This document shows, in pieces, positions 11,920 to 23,181 of a DNA stretch of 64,000 nucleotides. A program made the translations under genes and the position numbers. Numbering within the stretch: the stretch's first letter is position 1; the number at the start of each line of letters is the position of its first letter. The stretch is from NCBI GenBank assembly GCA_002269645.1, contig NIVC01001087.1, positions 209,301-273,300 on the forward strand. Reading direction: 5' to 3'. The DNA comes from Macrostomum lignano (taxonomy: Eukaryota). The notes below the pieces were generated by a model. It was not told the origin of the DNA. It ran no database searches and was given only the letters and a program-made list of their open reading frames with translations.

Positions 11920-14900
11920 ATGGCATCAGCAGACATTGATCAGTTCATTCAAGAGCAGAAGCAAAGACTTGCTGCCGACAGGCAAAGGATTGGAAACAGT
12001 AGAGAGGCATTTCCACCTGGGCCCAGCACTAATGGTGGCTTGGCCTCGGCTGCTAAGCCTACAGTTTCAACAGGTGTGTAAAATATATTTTCACATTTGT
12101 TTGAAAGATCCCAGAGACTGTAATTTTATTCAAATTTCAAATTTTATCCTTATTTTAAAGTCCATACCCAAAAATATTTTAAACATCATATTATTTTTTG
12201 TTAAAATCCTCATTAGAAAACTAATAAATCTGCTAAACCTCTAATTTTTTCTCTAAAATGTCTTTAATCCCAAATTTCTTTTTGCTTCATTATTTGCCCC
12301 AATATTTCTATTCTTTTAGTCTTTATTGGATTACCCCCAATCCTGCTATTGTTTTAATCTAATTTCTATGAATTGAACAAAACGCAGTTGTTTAAATTAA
12401 TTCGCAACAATACTACTAACTGCTCTTCTATATTTAGTAGTAAGCAGCGCTGTACCTCTTGCAATGCAAATTTATGTTTGAAGTGGTGAGCATATTTTGG
12501 ACGAACATTTGCACACCTTGTGTAAGAGATAGGGATAAGGGACTGAACTCTCTTCTCTCCCCTTTCCCAGTATTGTCTATAGTTGGTGCAGAATTGGGCT
12601 TGCAGTGCAGTGATTCTTTGTGCTCTATAAATTGACCGCCTATGCGTGTGCAGCAGCTCTGAATTGTATTCTGAGTACAGTTGCCATAGCAACCAGCTGT
12701 ATCCCTAACTCTGCCCGCAGCTGCTGTCCCCACAATAGAATTTCCTCGGCCGCAGAGCAACAACAGCAAAGAGGAGAGCAGTGGCGGTCTGTTCTCAAAG
12801 CTGGGCGCTTACGCAGACACGAGGCGAGCGTTTGACGAATCTCGTCGAGAGGATTATTTGAAGCTGCGAAAACCTGTACCAGCAGCTTTCCCGGCTGCTC
12901 AGGATCCGCCAGTTCCAGCTTATCCAGCCAGCATGTCCACCGCTGGCTCAGGGTCTGGCAGCGGCGGTGGCCTGGGCATTGTTGGCGGCCTAAGAGATTC
13001 GACCAGTGCTAGACAAAGGAAAGAACGGCAGCGCAATGCTGAGTACAATGAGTACTTGAGAATGAAGGAACAGGTAAGAAGAATACAAGCTGGGGGTAAA
13101 CGGCGGGAGTAACTATCTATATATTTTTATGTGAAATGCCCTGTCATATAACTAGTAAATTATAGTAGACTAGTTAGCGTTTTAACAGTTTTAAAGTTGA
13201 AAAGGCCTTCGTTACAAGCTAGAAACTTCACAATTTACACTTGTCTTTTTATGCACTGTCTAGTTTATGAACTGTCTAGTTTATGAACTGTCTAGTTTAT
13301 GAACTGTCTAGTTTATGAACTGTCTAGTTTATGAACTGTCTAGTTTATGAACTGTCTAGTTTATGAACTGTCTAGTTTATGAATTGTCTAGTTTATGCAC
13401 TGTCTAGTTTATGAAGTGTCTAGTTAATGAACTGTCTAGTTTATGAACTGTCTAGTTTATGAATTGTCTAGTTTATGAAGTGTCTAGTTTATGAAGTGTC
13501 TAGTTTATGAAGTGTCTAGTTTATGAAGTGTCTAGTTTATGAACTGTGTAGTTTATGAACTGTCTAGTTTATGAACTGTCTAGTTTATGAAGTGTCTAGT
13601 TTATGAACTGTCTAGTTTATGAAGTGTCTAGTTTATGAAGTGTCTAGTTTATGAAGTGTCTAGTTTATGAACTGTGTAGTTTATGAACTGTCTAGTTTAT
13701 GAACTGTCTAGTTTATGAAGTGTCTAGTTTATAAACTGTGTAGTTTATGAACTGTCTAGTTTATGAAGTGTCTAGTTTATAAACTGTGTAGTTTATGAAC
13801 TGTCTAGTTTATGAAGTGTCTAGTTTATAAACTGTCTAGTTTATGAACTGTCTAGTTTATAAACTGTCTAGTTTATGAACTGTCTAGTTTATGAATTATC
13901 TAATTTGCGATTGGTCTTGTAATATAAACTTTCACCTAAAACGCAGGAGCAGCAACGCAAAAGACAGCCGCAGCAGAAGCAGCAGCAACAGCAGTTGCAC
14001 CAGCCACCTCGACAGACGCCATTACCGGAGATTCCGCAGCACCAGCCGACGCCTCCGCCGCCGCCTCAGCAGCAGCCGCAGCCATCGAACCGAGTGGATT
14101 TCACCAGTTTAGACGATCTCGAACGCCGCGTTGCCGAGCTCCGTGGCTTTACCGCTGTCCAGCCTCCGGCAGCTTCATCGCGCTACCCGGGGGGTGCCGC
14201 TCCGACAGCCAACGGTCTTGCCGACGGCTCGAAAGATCCCGTCAGTCGGCTGGAACAGTTGGAGGCCGAATACGAAAATCTTAGAAAAATGCTGCTACGT
14301 CAGAATGCTCAGCAGCAGCAGCAGCCTCAGCCTCAGAAACCTCATCAACCGCCAGCTTCCTCGACTCGTCTAGAAGCTTCATCTTTTGCCACTTCGACGT
14401 CTTCAGCTTCGTCAGCCGCAGTTGCCACTGTCGGCGGGGCCATCGACACCCGTCGACCTGACACGGCCAGCCAGCGCGAGAGAAAGCGCCAGGCATATAA
14501 AGCCGAGCTGGAGCGCCAGTTAGCGGAGCAAAAACAGCAGAAGCAGAGACCGTCGCTTCAGGAGCAATCTGCTACTAGACCTGGAATTGGAGACTTATCG
14601 GTGAGGTTTTGCTTTTTGAAATAAAGTTCCCTAATCCCATCTCAGTTCTCTAATCCCATCTCAGTTCCCTAATCCCATCTCAGTTCTCTAATCCCATCTC
14701 AGTTCCCTAATCCCATCTCAGTTCTCTAATCCCATCTCAGTTTCCTAATCCCATCTCGGGTCTTTAATCCCATCTGTGTTCCACAATTCCATCTCAGTTC
14801 TCTAATCCCATCTCAGTTCCCTAATCCCATCTCAGTTCTCTAATCCCATCTCAGTTCCCTAATCCCATCTCAGTTCTCTAATCCCATCTCAGTTCTCTAA

Positions 14901-17900
14901 TCCCATCTCAGTTCCCTAATCCCATCTCAGTTCCCTAATCCCATCTTAGTTCTCTAATCCCATCTCGGCTAACTAATCCCATCTCAGTTCCCTAATCCCA
15001 TCTCGGGTCTTTAATCCCATCTCAGTTCTCTAATCCCATCTCAGTTCTCTGATCCCATCTCAGTTCTCTAATCCCATCTCAGTTCCCTAATCCCATCTTA
15101 GTTCTCTAATCCCATCTCGGCTGGCTAATCCCATCTCAGTTCTCTAACCCCATCTCAGTTCCCTAATCCCATCTCAGTTCCCTAATCCCATCTCAGTTCT
15201 CTGATCCTATCTCAGTTCTCTAATCCCATCTCAGTTCCCTAATCCCATCTCAGTTCTCTAATCCCATCTCAGTTCCCTAATCCCATCTCAGTTCTCTGAT
15301 CCCATCTAAGTTCTCTAATCCCATCTCAGTTCTCTAATCCCATCTCAGTTCCCTAATCCCATCTCAGTTCTCTAACCCCATCTCAGTTCTCTAATCCCAT
15401 CTCAGTTCTCTAATCCCATCTCAGTTCCCTAATCCCATCTCAGTTCTCTAATCCCATCTCAATTCCCTAATCCCATCTCAGTTCTCTAATCCCATCTCAG
15501 TTCTCTAATCCCATCTCAGTTCCCTAATCCCATCTCAGTTCTCTAATCCCATCTCAGTTCTCTAATCCCATTCTGGTTCTCTGAGATCTCACCTCCCCAT
15601 CTAAGCACAGCCCTAAACTATAAAATTCCCTAAAATTCCAGTCGCTCCAATCGTCCAAGCCTTCGCCGCCAGCCGGTTACCTCGGGCTCGACTTAGACGA
15701 TGGCGGCGGGGGCGGCCTTGGCAGCTACGGCCTGGGCATCTACGAGGGCCTGTCAGCCTCTCAGGCCGCCGCACCGACGTCCAACCGAGGCGTTCGATTC
15801 GTTGAACCTTCGCTGACGACGCAGAAAGAGGATCCGGTTGCGAGCGGCGGCGGCGGCGGCTTGCTGGCGCTGGGCACCAAGCAGGAGCGCAAGGCTCAGG
15901 CCGCGGCCAGGCAGAAAGCCGAGTACGCCAAGGAGTTGGAGCGCCAGATGGCCGAGAAGAGGGCCGCCGAGATTAAACGGAAACGGGAGCGGGAAGAATT
16001 CGAGCGGAAAAAGGAAGCAGAAATTGCCGCCTACGACCCGTTTGGTGGGTTGCTGTGCCCTCTGCTGTGCCCTCTGCTGTGCCCTCTGCTGTGCCCTCTG
16101 CTGCACTCTCTGCTGTGCCCTCTGCTGCACTCCCTGCTGTGCCCTCTGCTGCACCTCCTACTGCACCTTCTGCAACTTTTCCTGCACCCTCCTCACCCTC
16201 TGCTACACCCTCTCCTGCACCTTTTCCTGCACCCTCTGATGCACCTTTTCCTGCACCCTCCTCACCCTCTGCTACACCCTCTCCTGCACCTTTTCCTGCA
16301 CCCTCCTCACCCTCTGCTACACCCTCTCCTGCACCTTTTCCTGCACCCTCCTCACCCTCTGCTACACCCTCTCCTGCACCTTTTCCTGCACACTCCTCAC
16401 CCTCTCCTGCCCTCTCTGCTGCTCTCTACTCCACTATCTACACACTCTCACCCTCTCCATCACGCAGCACTGCTGCATCTCCCTAAACTCGCCAGCTATA
16501 AACGGCTAAAACATTTCCTCAGGCAAAGGCGGCGGCGGCGCGCCAATCAAGGACGCCCAGGGCAACACGCGAGCCAACCTGAAGCAGGTGATGCGCGAGA
16601 CAGACGACGACAGACTGTCCAACAGCGGTCACCGTGCTGCTGCTACTGGCGACGGCTACGACGATTTTCGAGGCCGAGGCGGCGACTTCTCATCGGGAGT
16701 CGCACCGGCAGGTTCAGCCGATCCAGACGACTGGATGCAGCATCTCGACGGATTAAAAGATTTGCAGACTAGATTATCTAAATCGTTTACCGACGATTTT
16801 GGAGGATTTTCCAATGCTACTGCTGCTAATGCTACTAATAGTAGGCAGCAGAAAGATGTTCAGCAACAAGAGAAGCAACAGCAGCAGCAGCCGCAGCACG
16901 CCAGAGGTGGTCACGGGATCTTTGGCAGAGGCCTCTCTGACGAACAGAAGCGTCAACGAGAGCGCTATCAGGAGGAGCTGAGGCAGCAGGTTGGGGCTGG
17001 AATGGATTTTCAAGATTCTAGAAAATATAGATTGGATGCTGAGGTTAAGACATTAGAGCATGGAATCAAGGGAGCTACCACGGGAGAATAAGATAAGAGA
17101 TTAAATACTGTGATGTGATCAAGAGATTATTATACTGGAATCATGAGATTAGACACTGAGATCAAGAGATTAGACACTGATATCAAGAGATTAGACACGG
17201 AGATCAAGAGGCTAGACACAGTGATCAAGAGATTAGACACTGAGATCAAGAGATTAGACACGGAGATCAAGAGGCTAGACACAGTGATCAAGAGATTAGA
17301 CGCTGAGATCAAGAGATTAGACGCTGAGATCAAGAGATTAGACACTGATATCAAGAGATTAGACACGGAGATCAAGAGGCTAGACACAGTGATCAAGAGA
17401 TTAGACACTGAGATCAAGAGATTAGACACGGAGATCAAGAGGCTAGACACAGTGATCAAGAGATTAGACACTGAGATCAAGAGATTAGACGCTGAGATCA
17501 AGAGATTAGACACTGATATCAAGAAATTAGACACGGAGATCAAGAGGCTAGACACAGTGATCAAGAGATTAGACACTGAGATCAAGAGATTAGACACGGA
17601 GATCAAGAGGCTAGACACAGTGATCAAGAGATTAGACACTGAGATCAAGAGATTAGACACGGAGATCAAGAGGCTAGACACAGTGATCAAGAGATTAGAC
17701 GCTGAGATCAAGAGATTAGACGCTGAGATCAAGAGATTAGACACTGATATCAAGAGATTAGACACGGAGATCAAGAGGCTAGACACAGTGATCAAGAGAT
17801 TAGACACTGAGATCAAGAGATTAGACACGGAGATCAAGAGGCTAGACACAGTGATCAAGAGATTAGACACTGAGATCAAGAGATTAGACACTGATATCAT

Positions 17901-19415
17901 GAGATTAGACACAGAGATCATGAGATTAAGGAAAGAGAGTAGACGGAAGAGACTGATCTAGGAACCGAGCCGCCATCTCAACTGTTATCTCTAAAAATCC
18001 CGCACTTCGCCAGGTGGAGGAGCAGCGCCGAGCCAAGGAGGCGGAGCGCAAGCGGCAGGCAGAGGAGGATCTCAAGGAGCAGCGCCGGGCAGAGGAGCAG
18101 CAGCGGCGCATGCAGGCCGAGGCGGAGGCGGAGCGCCGGCGCCAGGCTGAAAAAGAGGCAGCGGCCAGGCAGAGGAACGAGGAGCTGCGGCTGGCCGCCG
18201 AGGAGCAGCGAAAGCAGGCGGCTGCGGCGGCGGCGGCGGCGAGACGTCGACGGGATGTCGGTTCTCCGCCGGCGCAGCCTCCTGCGGCGCAGCATCATCA
18301 TCATCAGCAGCAGCAGCAGCGCTATTCGCCAAGAGCTGCGTCCCCGCCTGTAATTATGGCAGCAACAAAACTTAATTTAGTTCATTTTATTCTCCCCGCG
18401 CCCTATCTACTGTGGGTCTTGTGTGTGATGACTTCAACTAGTCTATCCGTATTGGTGAGATTTTTAATCCTGTCTACTCTTAAATGGGTGAGATTTCTAT
18501 TTATCTCTAATCTAAGGGTGAGATTTCTATCTACCTCTAATATATTAGGGGTGAGATTTTTATCTACCTCTAATATAAAGGGTGAGATTTCTATCTACCT
18601 CTAATATAAAGGGTGAGATTTCTATCTACCTCTAATATAAAGGGTGAGATTTCTATCTACCTCTAATATAAAGGGTGAGATTTCTATCTACCTCTAATAT
18701 AAAGGGGTGAGATATCTATCTATCTCAGATCTAAGGGTTGAGATTTTATCTACGAGCGTATCTCTAATCTAGGGGTAAAATTTCTATCTACCTCTAATCT
18801 ATAAGGGCGGCATTTTTATCTACCTTTAATCTATAAGGGGTGAGATTTGTATCTACCTCTAATCTAAGGGGTCAGATTTCTATCTACCTTTAATCTACAA
18901 GGGGTGAGATTTCTATCTACCTCTAATCTATTAGGGGTGAGATTTTTATCTACCTCTAATCTAAGGCGTCAGATTTCTATCTACCTCTAATCTAAGGAGT
19001 GAGATTTCTGCCTTCCTCTAATATAAGGGGTGAGATTTCTATCTATCTCTAATCTATAAGGGATGAGATTTCTATCTACCTCTAATCTATAAAGGGTGAG
19101 ATTTCTATCTACCTCTAATCTACAAGGGGTGAGATTTCTATCTACCTCTAATCTATAAAGGGTGAGATTTCTATCTACCTCTAATCTACAAGGGGTGAGA
19201 TTTCTATCTACCTCTAATCTATAAAGGGTGAGATTTCTATCTACCTCTAATCTACAAGGGGTGAGATTTCTATCTACCTCAAATCTACAAGGGTGAGATT
19301 TTATCTGTCTCTTATCTAAGGGGGTGATATTTTGTTCTGTTTGACTTTTCCGCAGGTACCAGCAATTCGAACTCAAATGGAGGTGCCGCCGAAACAGCAG
19401 AAGCCGCCCACGCCA

Positions 19416-19446
<31 letters not shown>

Positions 19447-21123
19447 ACCAGCAGCAACAGCAGCATCAGCATCAGTCACTTCAGCGCCAATCAACAGCCG
19501 CATCGGTCGCCTCAGCACCCGAGCCGGAATCCATTGAGCAGCTGGCCAGGTTGAGGAATCAGCTGCGCAGCGAGCGTCGACGAATCGAGGAAGCTCTGGA
19601 CGCTGGCGGAAGCGGCGCCGGAAGCGGAAGCGCCAACGGAAACGGAGCCGGAACCTACCGGGTTAGGGGCTCTTCCGCAGGAAATCAGGTAGATGGATAT
19701 GCGTGGGTTCAATAAAGGAATTGCGTTGATTTGTCGGTTTTTCATTGGTCAGCAGGGTGTCAGATGACTCGTTACCGTTTTGGGTCAGGTTGGATCGACC
19801 CATTAGGCATGGGTCGTTCTAGGTCAGCACATCAGGTTCCTGACCCATCTTGATGATTGGGTCAGCAAATCCCATCCCTGACCCATCTTGATGATTGAGT
19901 CAGCAAATCCCATCCCTGACCCATCTTGATGATTGAGTCAGCAAATCCCATCCCTGACCCATCTTGATGATTGGGTCAGCAAATCCCATCCCTGACCCAT
20001 CTTGATGATTGGATCAGCAAATCCCATCCCTGACCCATCTTGATGATTGAGTCAGCAAATCCCATCCCTGACCCATCTTGATGATTGAGTCAGCAAATCC
20101 CATCCCTGACCCATCTTGATGATTGGATCAGCAAATCCCATCCCTGACCCATCTTGATGATTGAGTCAGCAAATCTAGGTCATCATGATTGGGTCAGAAA
20201 ATCCCATCCCTGACCCATCTTGATGATTGAGTCAGCAAATCCCATCCCTGACCCATCTTGATGATTGAGTCAGCAAATCCCATCCCTGACCCATCTTGAT
20301 GATTGAGTCAGCAAATCCCATCCCTGACCCATCTTGATGATTGAGTCAGCAAATCCCATCCCTGACCCATCTTGATGATTGGGTCAGCAAATCCCATCCC
20401 TGACCCATCTTGATGATTGAGTCAGCAAATCCCATCCCTGACCCATCTTGATGATTGGGTCAGCAAATCCCATCCCTGACCCATCTTGATGATTGGGTCA
20501 GCAAATCCCATTCCTGATCCCAAATCCGATATCGTGACCAATTGGATCTGGATCGGGTCAGATCAAGATGCAGACCCGGCAACCAGCCCCTACCCCGCGA
20601 ATCCCACCAGGTGGACGTCTTCGACATGGCCCGCGACCGCCGCAAGCCGGTGGCCGCCAAGCGCAACATTGCAGCCTCCTCTGGCGGTGCGGCCGCGGCC
20701 GCGGCAGCTGCTGCTGGCAAAACGTCGAGCAACCGTCGCAACTTTGACGACATTGGCGGTCTGGCGCCGTCAGACCTGGGTCTGGGCAGCATCGGTGGTG
20801 GCGGCTACGGCGGCGAAACGTTCGAGTCGATGCAGCTCGACAGCGAGTCGGCTTTTGTCGACATCGACCAGCCGCTGTCGCCTAGCGGATTCGAGCAGCT
20901 TGGAGGCGGCGGCGGAGGCGGCGGCGGCGGCGGTGCCCTCAGCCCAACTGTCAGTCTGGACGTTGACCGAATCGACCGAGCGAACGAGGCCCGATTAAAG
21001 CGACTGCAACGACTGCAAGCCGATGCGGTGTCCTTAAATGACCCCGAGGAAGTGCTGAGCAGATTTATGTCGCGTCAGACTCGGCCAGTCAGCGGCCAGA
21101 CCGGGCATGAAGGCGACGATTAA
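11920..21123 (+). CDS. CSPP1: Centrosome and spindle pole-associated protein 1-like, 8 coding exons, ~1064 aa
   Basis: Exons 11920-12073, 12739-13073, 13947-14600, 15642-16044, 16523-16989, 18014-18349, 19356-19688, 20611-21123, all GT-AG and phase-consistent (3195 nt). Motifs DIDQFIQEQKQRLAADR, YAKELERQMAEK, YDPFG|KGGGGAPIKD, YQEELRQQVEEQ, SPP|VPA, VDVFDMAR, LDVDRIDRANEARLKRL match CSPP1 as I recall it. Confidence 0.9.
13255..13893. repeat. 16-bp minisatellite (tgtctagtttatgaac), ~40 units, CSPP1 intron 2
   Basis: Tandem units visible. Confidence 0.97.
14630..15575. repeat. 20-bp minisatellite (ctaatcccatctcagttcy), ~47 units, CSPP1 intron 3
   Basis: Tandem units visible. Confidence 0.97.
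16050..16410. repeat. 12-bp (ctgtgccctctg) grading into ~39-bp pyrimidine-rich repeat, CSPP1 intron 4
   Basis: Tandem units start ~5 bp after the donor. Confidence 0.9.
17118..17930. repeat. 21-bp minisatellite (gatcaagagattagacactga), ~38 units with an 8-unit higher-order period, CSPP1 intron 5
   Basis: Tandem units; variant order D,E,V,E,E,V,A,A recurs in the translated heptads. Confidence 0.97.
18450..19330. repeat. ~33-36 bp minisatellite (gggtgagatttctatctacctctaatctataa), CSPP1 intron 6
   Basis: Tandem units visible. Confidence 0.95.
19830..20520. repeat. 39-bp minisatellite (gtcagcaaatcccatccctgacccatcttgatgattga), CSPP1 intron 7
   Basis: About 17 near-identical units. Confidence 0.97.
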
Positions 21124-21906
21124 GACATTTTCCGCGAGCAAACTACTTATAGTAGACGTGTATTTTTAGATGGACATTTTCTAAAAGTAAAAAAATTTTC
21201 TGGTTATTTTTGGTTCGAAAGAAACGATTTGTTTAGAAGTTCCTATGCAAGCAAAATCTCGTTTAGAAAACAGTAACAAAAGGAAATGTAAATACAAAAA
21301 TATTTCGTAGGCTGTGTCCATCTATTTTTCTTACGTAATCACATTCCTAAATCACTCTTTAATTGACTTTAAACTACTATGAGTAGACCGACAGCCTTCA
21401 AAGTGTTTTTTACAGAACGCTTTATTTAAATTATAAGCATTAGCATTTTAATTCGCACTTTGACCTTGCTTGTCCGTTCAAGAGTCCGTCCGTGAATCTT
21501 TTATTGCTACAAAATTGTTTAGCCTGCGTGCCATGCACTGTCTACTCTACTACTTGTCCAGGCGTGAGTAGCCTGTAGCGGTTTTTGTTGTCGTTAATTC
21601 ATTCTATTATTTTACTTTTAAAAGCCTGTACTGTAGTCTGTTTACTGATTCTTCTGGAAGAAGAGCCCCGTTATTGGATTGCGTTGTTTCACGTGATCCA
21701 CAATGCTTTATTTTCGGTGATATTTAATTGTGCTCTGCAAAAAAAAAATAATTTACCATTCTGGCAGTGCGTCTTTACTACAATTGTCAATCTGTTTTCT
21801 GCCCGAAAACATTTTTGAGTTTTGAATAGATTTTATTCCCAATTTTTTGCTATTGTGCTTATTCTTTCGATAATTAACAGTTGAGTAAATTCAATTTCAG
21901 CTAATT

Positions 21907-23068
21907 CAGTTGCTGAGCCAGCCTCCCAGATCCTCAGTTGCTGGGCCAGCCTCCCAAATCCTCAGTTGCTAGGCCAGCCTCCCAGATCCTCAGTTGCTGG
22001 GCCAGCCTCCCAGATCCTCAGTTGCTGGGCCAGCCTCCCAGATCCTCAGTTGCTGGGCCAGCCTCCCAGATCCTCAGTTGCTGGGCCAGCCTCCCAGATC
22101 CTCAGTTGCTGGGCCAGCCTCCCAGATCCTCAGTTGCTGGGTCAGCCTACCAGATCCTCAGTTGCTGGGCCAGCCTCCCAGATCCTCAGTTGCTGGGCCA
22201 GCCTCCCAAATCCCCAGTTGCTGGGCCAGCCTCTCAAATCCTCAGTTGCTGGGCTAGCCTCTCAGAGTGTCAGTTGCTGGGCCAGCCTCCCAGATCCCCA
22301 GTTGCTGGGCCAGCCTCCCAGATCCTCAGTTGCTGGGCCAGCCTCCCAGATCCTCAGTTGCTGGGCCAGCCTCCCAGATCCCCAGTTGCTGGGCCAGCCT
22401 CCCAGATCCCCAGTTGCTGGGCCAGCCTCCCAGATCCTCAGTTGCTGGGCCAGCCTCCCAGAGTGTCAGTTGCTGGGCCAGCCTCCCAGATCCTCAGTTG
22501 CTGGGCCAGCCTCCCAGATCCTCAGTTGCTGGGCCAGCCTCCCAGATCCTCAGTTGCTGGGCCAGCCTCCCAGATCCCCAGTTGCTAGGCCAGCCTCCCA
22601 GATCCCCAGTTGCTGGGCCAGCCTCCCAGATCCTCAGTTGCTGGGCCAGCCTCCCAGATTCTCAGTTGCTGGGCCAGCCCTCCCAGATCCTCAGTTGCTG
22701 GGCCAGCCTCCCAGATCCCCAGTTGCTGGGCCAGCCTCCCAGATCCCCAGTTGCTGGGCCAGCCTCCCAGATCCTCAGTTGCTGGGCCAGCCTCCCAGAT
22801 CCCCAGTTGCTGGGCCAGCCTCCCAGATCCTCAGTTGCTGGGCCAGCCTTCCAGATCCTCAGTTGCTGGGCTAGCCTCTCAGAGTGTCAGTTGCTGGGCC
22901 AGCCTCCCAGAGTGTCAGTTGCTGGGCCAGCCTCCCAGATCCTCAGTTGCTGGGCCAGCCTCCCAGATCCTCAGTTGCTGGGCCAGCCTCCCAGATCCTC
23001 AGTTGCTGGGCTAGCCTCTCAGAGTGTCAGTTGCTGGGCCAGCCTCCCAGATCCCCAGTTGCTGGGCC
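21907..23068. repeat. 28-bp minisatellite family, locus B (cagttgctgggccagcctcccagatcct), ~41 units
   Basis: Reverse complement of the locus A unit; mixes gatcct, gatccc and gagtgt variants. Confidence 0.97.
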
Positions 23069-23181
23069 ACTTCTACCTGACTATCTGCAGAATTAATAAA
23101 TTATCTCCTTCCTAATAAAAACTGTTTTTATAAATGTATTCTACTAGCTAAGATAAAATGTTTAATGTGAATAACAGTCAC

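Noticed and set aside
15861-16772. 303-aa ORF with a His/Leu/Pro repeat domain
   Set aside because: It is CSPP1 exon 4 read through a 478-bp intron; splicing restores the conserved YDPFG-KGGGGAP motif, and retention would shift the frame.
19830-20520. CRISPR-like array (also 37850-38335 and 61190-61720)
   Set aside because: No unique spacers, no cas genes, eukaryotic context; ordinary tandem repeats.
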